DNA of 12,527 bases from an uncultured bacterium (GTDB taxonomy: Bacteria; Schekmanbacteria; GWA2-38-11; J061), in NCBI GenBank assembly GCA_964549305.1, contig CAZJVM010000071.1, positions 1 to 12,527 of the forward strand, read 5' to 3'. A program made the translations under genes and the position numbers. This document shows positions 1-6,645 of the stretch, piece by piece. How positions within the stretch are numbered: position 1 is the first letter of the stretch; each line of letters opens with the position of its first letter. Under the pieces are notes generated by a model. It saw nothing but the letters and a program-made list of their open reading frames with translations, did no database searches and was not told where the DNA came from.

Positions 1-21
1 CCCGCCTGCATCCATTCCCAT
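1..21 (-). CDS. 5' end (7 codons, MGMDAGG) of probable ExbD/TolR biopolymer transport protein, truncated by the window edge
   Basis: Minus strand reads ...AGT AAG TAA TG GGA ATG GAT GCA GGC GGG. The ATG (21-19) overlaps the exbB stop as TAATG. An MGM..GG start directly after an exbB/tolQ gene is typical of ExbD/TolR. Only 7 codons are visible. Confidence 0.6.
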
Positions 22-707
22 TACTTACTGGCCTCCTTAAGAAGATAATCAATAAGTTCAGATGATGAATTGTCAATTTCAACTACATAGTTTTCCGTTT
101 TTGTAACAAAATAGTTAAAACCTACAACTGCCGGAATAGCAACACCTATTCCGAAAGCCGTTGTAACCAGAGCTTCCGCGATACCTGCGGAAACCGTCGC
201 GAGTCCGCCGGAACCGCTTGCTGCCATGGACTGGAAAGCGTTGATGATTCCGAAGATTGTTCCGAAGAGTCCCACGAAGGGAGAAATGCTTCCCACCGTC
301 GCAAGTCCGCCGGTTCCTTTTTTAAGGCGGGCAACCTCAACTGCCGTTTCCCTCTGGATGGCTCTTGAAGCTGCTTCGATTCTCTCTTCCGAAGTTATCG
401 CCTTCTGTATGTCCGACGCACCGCTTTCATTCAATTTAAGCTCTTTCAGGCCGGAAGCGATAACCCTTGCAACATGACTTTTGTCAGCGCCTTCTGCCAC
501 GGGAAGAATACCTTTCAAATTCCCTTTCTGAAAATTGTTTGCCGTATCAGCAATAAACTGTTTTGTCTGCTTCTTTGCCTGATTGAAAATCCACCATCTC
601 TCAACCATAACGGTAAAAGCATAGATCGAGCTACTTGCAAGAATGAGAACAACTGTTTTTGCAATTATTCCCATGCTCTCCCATAATTCAACAAGCGAAA
701 ACTGCAT
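21..707 (-). CDS. exbB: MotA/TolQ/ExbB proton channel family protein
   Basis: One N-terminal TM segment, then TM2 GLATVGSISPFVGLFGTIFGII and TM3 AGIAEALVTTAFGIGVAIPA, the family signatures. Start moved from TTG 713 to ATG 707, which lies 7 nt after AGGAGG (720-715). ExbB versus TolQ cannot be settled from this sequence; the tonB neighbour favours exbB. Confidence 0.93.
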   Translation of the reverse strand: MQFSLVELWESMGIIAKTVVLILASSSIYAFTVMVERWWIFNQAKKQTKQFIADTANNFQKGNLKGILPVAEGADKSHVARVIASGLKELKLNESGASDIQKAITSEERIEAASRAIQRETAVEVARLKKGTGGLATVGSISPFVGLFGTIFGIINAFQSMAASGSGGLATVSAGIAEALVTTAFGIGVAIPAVVGFNYFVTKTENYVVEIDNSSSELIDYLLKEASK

Positions 708-714
708 TTTCAAA

Positions 715-720
715 CCTCCT
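715..720 (-). promoter_or_regulatory. Shine-Dalgarno site for exbB
   Basis: AGGAGG on the minus strand, 7 nt before ATG 707. Confidence 0.85.
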
Positions 721-764
721 TTTTACCTTTATTTATTGTTAAACTTTAATCAGTCAATAAACTT

Positions 765-1499
765 TTAATTCAGTTTAAACTTAACCGGGGCATTATAATA
801 AACTCTTACGGCTTTCCCTCCGGCTTTTGCCGGCTTGAATTTCCATTTAAGCACTGCCTGTACCGCAGCATCTTCAAGGCCTATTCCTCTGGCTTTTGGA
901 GGTACAACCGTAAGCACCTGAGCACTTTCCACTCTCCCCGTAATCCCTATTATAAGCTTTAGAATAACAGTACCCTCTACACCTGCTTTAAGAGCTAACG
1001 AAGGATACACAGGAGATACGCGGTCAACAAGCACCGGCCTTTGCATATCTGCCGTCACAACTCTGGGAGGAGGAATATCGGGTTCGGGTGCTGCCCCCGG
1101 TACAACTTCATTAAGGAAGCTTCCTCCGCCTCCGCCGAATGCGTTACCTCCTGCTATACCGCCTATTACTCCTAATCCCGCGCCAGCGCCTACATTTGCA
1201 ATTTCATCGGGTACATCCATTGATTCATCTTCAACAGTGGGACCCAAATCAATTTCCGGTGCTGCCTGTTTCGGTTGAGATACCTGTTCCGGTGCTGCCG
1301 CAGGTGGTGGTGGTGGTGGTGGGGGTGCGGGAGGGGCAACTATTACAACATCAACCTCCTGTTCAATTGCATTAGGAAAGAGAATCGGAAAAAGAATTAT
1401 TCCGCCGACAAGAAGACCGTGTATCAGAAGCGATATCGGAGCGGTATACCACTTTTTACCTCCGAGGCCTTTTCCCGATTCAACAAGAGTTTCAAACAC
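765..1499 (-). CDS. tonB: Energy transducer TonB family protein
   Basis: N-terminal anchor with SxxxH motif (ISLLIHG), Pro-rich and Gly-rich linker, C-terminal TonB_C domain (PVYPSLALKAGVEGTV...LEDAAVQAVLKWKFKPA). GTG start with AGAAAGGAGGG upstream (1517-1507). Confidence 0.93.
   Translation of the reverse strand: MFETLVESGKGLGGKKWYTAPISLLIHGLLVGGIILFPILFPNAIEQEVDVVIVAPPAPPPPPPPPAAAPEQVSQPKQAAPEIDLGPTVEDESMDVPDEIANVGAGAGLGVIGGIAGGNAFGGGGGSFLNEVVPGAAPEPDIPPPRVVTADMQRPVLVDRVSPVYPSLALKAGVEGTVILKLIIGITGRVESAQVLTVVPPKARGIGLEDAAVQAVLKWKFKPAKAGGKAVRVYYNAPVKFKLN
1303..1320. repeat. (GGT)6 trinucleotide microsatellite encoding part of the TonB poly-proline run
   Basis: ggtggtggtggtggtggt at 1303-1320, within the PPAPPPPPPPPA-coding region. 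Confidence 0.85.
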
Positions 1500-1506
1500 T
1501 AATCTG

Positions 1507-1517
1507 CCCTCCTTTCT
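1507..1517 (-). promoter_or_regulatory. Shine-Dalgarno site for tonB
   Basis: AGAAAGGAGGG on the minus strand, 7 nt before GTG 1499. Confidence 0.85.
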
Positions 1518-1540
1518 GTGTTCTTTCGGAAAATATACAA

Positions 1541-1593
1541 TTAGGACGGGGCATTACAGCATAATCGTTGCCGTAATGCAAGCATTCGTCTAA
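1541..1593 (-). promoter_or_regulatory. Predicted RNA hairpin in the tonB 5' leader
   Basis: Minus-strand GCAUUACGGCA (1579-1569) pairs with UGCUGUAAUGC (1561-1551): 11 bp with one G-U and a 7-nt loop. Outer UUAGACG / CGUCCUAA pairing. No U-tract follows. Confidence 0.5.
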
Positions 1594-1659
1594 GATTTTT
1601 ACTTTTTTCAGATTATGGCTCATTAGGTCATCGCATCTTAGCTTTTTAAATGTAGCCGT

Positions 1660-1687
1660 GTTGTATATGTTTTAAATTCTTTGTCAA
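1660..1687 (-). promoter_or_regulatory. Candidate sigma70 promoter for tonB-exbB-exbD
   Basis: Perfect TTGACA (1687-1682), 16-nt spacer, imperfect -10 TACAAC (1665-1660). Confidence 0.35.
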
Positions 1688-2024
1688 TGAAAAAAACCTT
1701 TTTCCGGCAAAATATTTTCCATTCATTTTTGTTTTAATTTGTTGCCTTTGCGGGCGCTACCAGTATAACGCATTGATTGATATTGAGTTTTTATTTCGCA
1801 CTACTCGTTTAAAATAATATTCGAGAGAAATCAACTGTATTAAAAGTGCAAAAGGCGGCAAAACAGCACCTTTGGCAATTTTCCGGAGATGATTCAAATA
1901 TCCACATTTATAAGGAAAATCCCCATTGCCCTTTAGAATTATAAAATACTTGACATGGCGTCCTTATAATGGCTTATAGCAAAAACAAATGAACGGTGAA
2001 TTTTAGATTGTTATTCTTTATTTT

Positions 2025-2032
2025 GGGAGGAG
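2025..2032 (+). promoter_or_regulatory. Shine-Dalgarno site for the TPR lipoprotein
   Basis: GGGAGGAG, 6 nt before ATG 2039. Confidence 0.85.
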
Positions 2033-2038
2033 AAAATA

Positions 2039-3259
2039 ATGTTTATGAAAAAGTTTTCGAGCCTGATAATTATATTATCCTTAGCGTTAATCATACCTGC
2101 CTGTGGCGGAAAAAGCAGCGAATTTAAAAAACATATGAAGGAAGGCGAAAAGTTCTACGGCGCGACGGAGTTTGAAAAAGCCATAGATGAATTTAAAAAA
2201 GCATCGGAGCTTATACCGGAAGACCCGAACCCTTATCAGAATATAGCAGTCTGCTATTCCAACCTTTTTTTGGCAACCAAGAGCGAAACGGAACATAAAC
2301 TATGTGCCGAACTTTCGGGAAAGGCAATCGAATACTACAAAAAAGTCCTGGAAAAAGACCCGGAGAGAGTGAACACACAGATTTATATATCAAATGAGTT
2401 TGCAAATACCGCGGCAATGTTTATGGACGACGGCGATTTGCCCAATGGAAGAGTATATCTAAAAAAATGGCTGGAATTTGATCCTGCCAATTCCGACGCT
2501 TATTACAGAATGGGCGTTCTTGACTGGGGCCTTTGTTTTGCCGAAAAAAAGCCGGAACTGCTTCTCAGTTGTGATGATTTTCTGGAAAAAATATCTTCCA
2601 ACGAAGATGCCGTTAAAGCAATCGCCAAAAGCGGAAGGTTAAAAACGGAACAGGTAGAACCCTTTTTCAATCTTATTAAAACTTCGGAAGACGATGTGAT
2701 TGACGCAATCGACAAAAAAGTCTTTTTGGAAAAGCTTCAGAGAATAAAGGGGATTGATGAAGAGCTTGCTGAAAAGATTTTGGCCTGCACTGCAGAGGAC
2801 AACTTAGATACTTTAAAATGCATAGTCAATACATCCCCTGATCTTTCATTCACAAAGTCAAAGCAGGCTCGCGCCATTTTCACCAAGAGTCCCGATAATA
2901 TGGCTATCTATATCAGCAAAGAATTGGGAACTAAAAAGACATACATGGAAAGAGCAATCAGAGAATTGATGAAACATGTAAAATATGAGGCAATCGCCGA
3001 CGGAATGGAAGCGCTCAACAAATCTATCGAGATAAATCCCAGCGCTCCTGACACGCATCAGTATATGACGATGCTTTATGTTGAAAAAATCAAACTCGAA
3101 AGAGATAAAAAACTTCTCAGCGAATACGCAAAAAAAGCTGAAGAGAGTTTCGTTCAGGCAACCAAGCTTCGCACTCCCGACAAAAGCGAAGAAGACCTTC
3201 AGAAGGACATCAAACAGCTTCGTTCTCAGCTAAAACAGCTTATGACTCAGAGAAGATAG
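2039..3259 (+). CDS. Tetratricopeptide-repeat lipoprotein with a large helical insertion
   Basis: Type II signal peptide (MFMKK, hydrophobic stretch, IPA-C22-GG). TPR-like units: GEKFYGATEFEKAIDEFKKASELIP, KAIEYYKKVLEKDP, YLKKWLEFDPANSDAYYRMG, GMEALNKSIEINP. Strong SD. Confidence 0.88.
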   Translation: MFMKKFSSLIIILSLALIIPACGGKSSEFKKHMKEGEKFYGATEFEKAIDEFKKASELIPEDPNPYQNIAVCYSNLFLATKSETEHKLCAELSGKAIEYYKKVLEKDPERVNTQIYISNEFANTAAMFMDDGDLPNGRVYLKKWLEFDPANSDAYYRMGVLDWGLCFAEKKPELLLSCDDFLEKISSNEDAVKAIAKSGRLKTEQVEPFFNLIKTSEDDVIDAIDKKVFLEKLQRIKGIDEELAEKILACTAEDNLDTLKCIVNTSPDLSFTKSKQARAIFTKSPDNMAIYISKELGTKKTYMERAIRELMKHVKYEAIADGMEALNKSIEINPSAPDTHQYMTMLYVEKIKLERDKKLLSEYAKKAEESFVQATKLRTPDKSEEDLQKDIKQLRSQLKQLMTQRR

Positions 3260-3271
3260 AATAATCAATAA

Positions 3272-3865
3272 ATGCTGAGAAAACTTTACGACTGGGTCCT
3301 TCACTGGGCTGAAACACCATACGGTGCGCCGGCGCTTTTTATTCTCGCTTTCGCTGAATCGTCATTTTTTCCAATTCCGCCTGATGTGCTTCTCATAACC
3401 CTGGTAATATCTAAACCGCGCAAAGCATTTCGCTTCGCGCTCATGTGCTCTGTCGGCTCAGCGCTCGGAGGGATGCTCGGATACGGCATAGGAAAATTTT
3501 TCTGGGAAACTGCCGGAATATCCTCTGTTTTCTTTCATTATGTGCCGGGATTTACTCCTGAAATTTTTGAACGAGTAAGCAAGATATACAATGATTGGAA
3601 CTTCTGGGCAGTTTTCACTGCCGGATTCACACCCATCCCCTATAAGGTTTTTACAATCGCCGGTGGAGTCTTCGCGATAAATTTTCCCGTATTTATCCTT
3701 GCATCCGTCATTTCCCGCTCGGCTCGCTTTTTTATTGTTGCGGGACTGCTGTGGAAATTCGGCGAACCAATTAAAGAATTCATAGACAAGTATTTCAATA
3801 TTTTGTCATTGCTTTTTATAATACTGCTTATAGGCGGTTTTGTTCTGATAAAGTACATATTTTGA
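3272..3865 (+). CDS. YqaA-like DedA/VTT (SNARE-associated) family membrane protein
   Basis: Motifs LFILAFAESSFFPIPPDVLL, GSALGGMLGYGIG, AGFTPIPYKVFTIAGG and SRSARFF. Starts 12 nt after the TPR gene. Confidence 0.92.
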   Translation: MLRKLYDWVLHWAETPYGAPALFILAFAESSFFPIPPDVLLITLVISKPRKAFRFALMCSVGSALGGMLGYGIGKFFWETAGISSVFFHYVPGFTPEIFERVSKIYNDWNFWAVFTAGFTPIPYKVFTIAGGVFAINFPVFILASVISRSARFFIVAGLLWKFGEPIKEFIDKYFNILSLLFIILLIGGFVLIKYIF

Positions 3866-3869
3866 GGAT

Positions 3870-4529
3870 TTAAGCGGTAAGGACTTTAAGCTTTCCAAGG
3901 TCTTCGTTTGTCCCCAACAAAACAAGAATGTCGCTGTCCTTTATAACAAATGACGATGGCGGAATGGGAATAAATTTTTCGGGAATACACTCTTTAATTG
4001 CTATAATTTGAACATTGTAAGTTTCCCTCACTTTTAGCTGAGCTATACTTTTACCTATGAATTCCTTTGGCGCTCCAAGCTCGATGACACTGTATCCCGT
4101 TGCAAGTTCGATGCTGTCAAGAACGCCAGCAAAACTCAGGCTGTTTGCCACATTAATCCCCATATCACGCTCAGGGAAAAACACCTGCTCCGCACCAAGG
4201 CGTCTCACAACCGTACCGTGCGTCTCATTTTGCACGCGCACCACTATATGTTTACATCCCGCATCGTGAAGATACTGAGTCGTTAAAATGCTCTTGCTCA
4301 AGTCGCTTCCGATGGTAAGAATTACCACATCCATTTTTTTAAGTTCAAGCTCTTCGATTACCTCCTTGTTGCAGGCATCTGCCACTATAGCGTGGTCAAC
4401 TTTATCCCTTATAGCGTCTATTTTTGTGCGGACATTATCTATTACTGTTACCTCGCAACCATTTTCCACCAGGCGCAATGCCGCGTGCAATCCGAAGTCA
4501 CTTAGACCTATAACCGCGATATATCTCAT
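3870..4529 (-). CDS. ktrA: KtrA/TrkA-family K+ uptake regulatory subunit (RCK_N + RCK_C)
   Basis: Rossmann-like N-terminus IAVIGLSDFG...VTVID, LGAEQVFFPERDMG, RCK_C region FIGKSIAQLKVRETYNVQIIAIK...DILVLLG. Start moved to ATG 4529 because AAGGGG lies 5 nt upstream. Confidence 0.92.
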   Translation of the reverse strand: MRYIAVIGLSDFGLHAALRLVENGCEVTVIDNVRTKIDAIRDKVDHAIVADACNKEVIEELELKKMDVVILTIGSDLSKSILTTQYLHDAGCKHIVVRVQNETHGTVVRRLGAEQVFFPERDMGINVANSLSFAGVLDSIELATGYSVIELGAPKEFIGKSIAQLKVRETYNVQIIAIKECIPEKFIPIPPSSFVIKDSDILVLLGTNEDLGKLKVLTA

Positions 4530-4539
4530 TTTTACCCCT

Positions 4540-5886
4540 TTAACCAATCATTACGTCTTCGTCAGGATAGGAAATTCTCGACCGCCTTACCCTTTCAGCT
4601 AAAATAACGGCAAGTGTAAGCGGTCCTATCCTTCCCAAAAACATAGTTAATATTATGAGCAGTTTTCCCGCAGAAGTCAATTGTCCCGTGATTCCCAGGG
4701 AAAGTCCCACTGTCCCGAACGCGCTTACCGTCTCGAAAAAGACATCGAATATTCTTCCGGCATTCGCGCTGTGGGAAATATCTCCGTATTCCGTTATAGT
4801 CACAAGCATTGTAACTACTACAATTAAAACCATTCCCAAAATCGCCAGTGTAAGTACACGGTTAATCAATACCTGATTGATTCTTCTCTTGAAGAGAAGG
4901 ATGGAGTCTTCTCCCCTGATTTTAGATATTGTCGCTAAAATAAGAATGCCGTAAGAAGTGGTTTTAATGCCTCCTCCCGTTGACCCGGGTGACGCGCCTA
5001 TAAACATAAGTATGACAAACATAAAAAGTGTCGAGTCGGTAAGGGACGACATATCGACCGTGTTGAATCCCGCAGTACGGGGCGTTACTGCCTGAAATAG
5101 CGTAACGAGAACTTTATCATAAAAGGAAAGACCTCTCAGAATGTTGGACCATTCAAAAATCATGAAACCCGCGAATCCAATGAACAAAAGCAATGCCGTA
5201 ACGGAAAGGACAAGTTTAGTGTGAAGGGAAAACTTTCTGAATGACAGGTTATTAAAGTCAGCAATTTTATCGTAGATTTCGAATATTACAAAAAACCCAA
5301 TCCCACCAAGGACAACTAATAAGCATATTACAAGATTTATAACGGAGTCGTGTTGATAGGAGATGAAACTGTCGCTGAAGAGACTGAAACCGGCGTTGCA
5401 AAAAGCCGAAACGGAATGAAAAACGGAAAGCCACATTGCTCCAAAAATATCGTTATCGGCGCGAAATCTAAAAAAAAGCAACAACGAACCCGTCAATTCT
5501 ATTACTACAGTATAAATAGCTGTGGTTTTCAGAACACTGCCTATTTTCGATTTTTTCGCCGGTGTATATGTCATCTTTGACACTTCGCGTATCTCATAAT
5601 TCGCCCTCTGTCCGAAGGCGAATATGTAAACAGCGGAAAAAGTGATTATTCCCAGTCCTCCCGCCTGTATAAGCATGAGAATTACAATTTGGCTCAAAAC
5701 GGGAAATTCCGAACCTGTATCGCGCACAATAAGTCCCGTAACGCACGACGCGGAAGTTGCAGTGAAAAAACTGTCAATGAACGATATTGGCATCCCGTAA
5801 AAATTATTTATAAAAAACAGCATAAGTGTCCCCACTGCAATAAGCAGAAGAAAGAAAATCGCTATCATTTTAGAGGGACTGAGCAT
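4540..5886 (-). CDS. ktrB: KtrB/TrkH-family potassium uptake membrane subunit
   Basis: Four pore loops, all with the filter Gly: SASCVTGL, SAFCNAGF, TPRTAGF, SAFGTVGLS. Intramembrane loop FIGASPGSTGGGIKT, MFLGRIGPLT, C-terminal YPDEDVMIG. Confidence 0.95.
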   Translation of the reverse strand: MLSPSKMIAIFFLLLIAVGTLMLFFINNFYGMPISFIDSFFTATSASCVTGLIVRDTGSEFPVLSQIVILMLIQAGGLGIITFSAVYIFAFGQRANYEIREVSKMTYTPAKKSKIGSVLKTTAIYTVVIELTGSLLLFFRFRADNDIFGAMWLSVFHSVSAFCNAGFSLFSDSFISYQHDSVINLVICLLVVLGGIGFFVIFEIYDKIADFNNLSFRKFSLHTKLVLSVTALLLFIGFAGFMIFEWSNILRGLSFYDKVLVTLFQAVTPRTAGFNTVDMSSLTDSTLFMFVILMFIGASPGSTGGGIKTTSYGILILATISKIRGEDSILLFKRRINQVLINRVLTLAILGMVLIVVVTMLVTITEYGDISHSANAGRIFDVFFETVSAFGTVGLSLGITGQLTSAGKLLIILTMFLGRIGPLTLAVILAERVRRSRISYPDEDVMIG

Positions 5887-5950
5887 TTATCTTTTCACTG
5901 TAGGCTTTTCTGTTTTTTACTTTTTTTCTATGATGCACTCTGTGAAGCCG

Positions 5951-5979
5951 TTTATCAAGTGTGAATTTACACCTGTCAA
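5951..5979 (-). promoter_or_regulatory. Candidate promoter for ktrB-ktrA
   Basis: TTGACA (5979-5974), 17-nt spacer, weak -10 GATAAA. Confidence 0.3.
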
Positions 5980-6050
5980 TCTGCGGACTTGAATATTTTC
6001 CCGTACACATTCGCAGGCGCCTGCACCGGTGACAAAGAATATATAATTGC

Positions 6051-6079
6051 TTGCCAAGATATGGCTTTTTTGCTATCAA
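6051..6079 (+). promoter_or_regulatory. Candidate promoter for HNH-bioF-dusB
   Basis: TTGCCA (6051-6056), 17-nt spacer ending in TGC (extended -10 TGn), then TATCAA (6074-6079). Confidence 0.3.
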
Positions 6080-6087
6080 ATTCCACC

Positions 6088-6633
6088 GTGGACACTATCA
6101 GACACAGATATTTTAGAAACTCATCGGTGCTTGTGCTTAACGCAAGCTATGAGGCAATCAATATCTGCAACACGAAAAGGGCAATTATAATGATTCTCAA
6201 GGGGATTGCCGTTGCCGAGGAAAATACTCATAAGTTTTTCCACTCGCCTTCTTTTAAAATTCCCGTGCCTTCCGTTATCAGAATAAACAGGTACGTGAGA
6301 ATAAAATATCAGGTAATTTCTTTTACGAGAAAGAATATTTTTCTCAGGGACAATTTTACCTGCTATTACTGCAATAAAATATTCAAATCGAGAGAACTTA
6401 CCCTCGATCACGTACTCCCCAAATCAAAAGGCGGATGGAATAACTGGGACAATATCGTCACTGCTTGTGTCCACTGCAACAAAAAGAAGGGAAACCGCAC
6501 TCCCGAGGAAGCGAATATGAAGCTTCGCAAAAAACCGAAAGCGCCTACCATTCCCATATATCTTCAGATAATGAGAAACCTGTCGGTATCGGGAGGTCAG
6601 TGGAATAAATACCTCTTTATGGACACACAATAA
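6088..6633 (+). CDS. HNH endonuclease (McrA/COG1403-like, Zn-binding)
   Basis: VLVLNASYE N-terminal motif, PSVIR, and RKNIFLRDNFTCYYC...LTLDHVLPKSKGG..WDNIVTACVHCNKKKGNRTP with intact CxxC/DH/N/CxxCN. Start uncertain: TTG 5989, ATG 6061 or GTG 6088. The later starts fit the family N-terminus better. Confidence 0.9.
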   Translation: MDTIRHRYFRNSSVLVLNASYEAINICNTKRAIIMILKGIAVAEENTHKFFHSPSFKIPVPSVIRINRYVRIKYQVISFTRKNIFLRDNFTCYYCNKIFKSRELTLDHVLPKSKGGWNNWDNIVTACVHCNKKKGNRTPEEANMKLRKKPKAPTIPIYLQIMRNLSVSGGQWNKYLFMDTQ

Positions 6634-6645
6634 AACTCAGCCAAA

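Noticed and set aside
1779-1797. Possible Fur box GATATTGAGTTTTTATTTC
   Set aside because: Only 11 of 19 matches to GATAATGATAATCATTATC in AT-rich DNA, and ~90 nt from the nearest candidate -35.
1874-1930. Alternative pairing GGCAAT/ATTGCC and ATTTTCC/GGAAAAT
   Set aside because: Short interrupted stems expected by chance. They compete with the larger structure reported.
1950-1980. TTGACA (1950-1955) plus TATAAT (1965-1970) as the promoter of the TPR gene
   Set aside because: The spacer is only 9 nt, and the alternative TATAGC is at 19 nt. A promoter is likely nearby but cannot be defined.
1500-2038. Cobalamin, TPP or other known riboswitch, tRNA, or CRISPR array in the large intergenic region
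   Set aside because: No conserved riboswitch cores, cloverleaf or regularly spaced direct repeats were seen.
5887-5990. c-di-AMP (ydaO) riboswitch upstream of ktrB
   Set aside because: The leader is short and A-rich on the mRNA strand, with none of the conserved ydaO elements.
5870-6079. 69-aa basic ORF upstream of ktrB
   Set aside because: No SD or motif. It crosses both candidate promoters, and its Lys-richness reflects the T-tracts of the intergenic DNA.
5989-6087. N-terminal extension of the HNH ORF from TTG 5989
   Set aside because: No SD. The family motif VLVLN starts much later and this stretch contains promoter-like boxes.
6088-6633. HNH as a mobile element, Cas9/IscB relative or restriction system
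   Set aside because: No RuvC motifs, flanking repeats, ncRNA space, intron context or methyltransferase. It is embedded among housekeeping genes.
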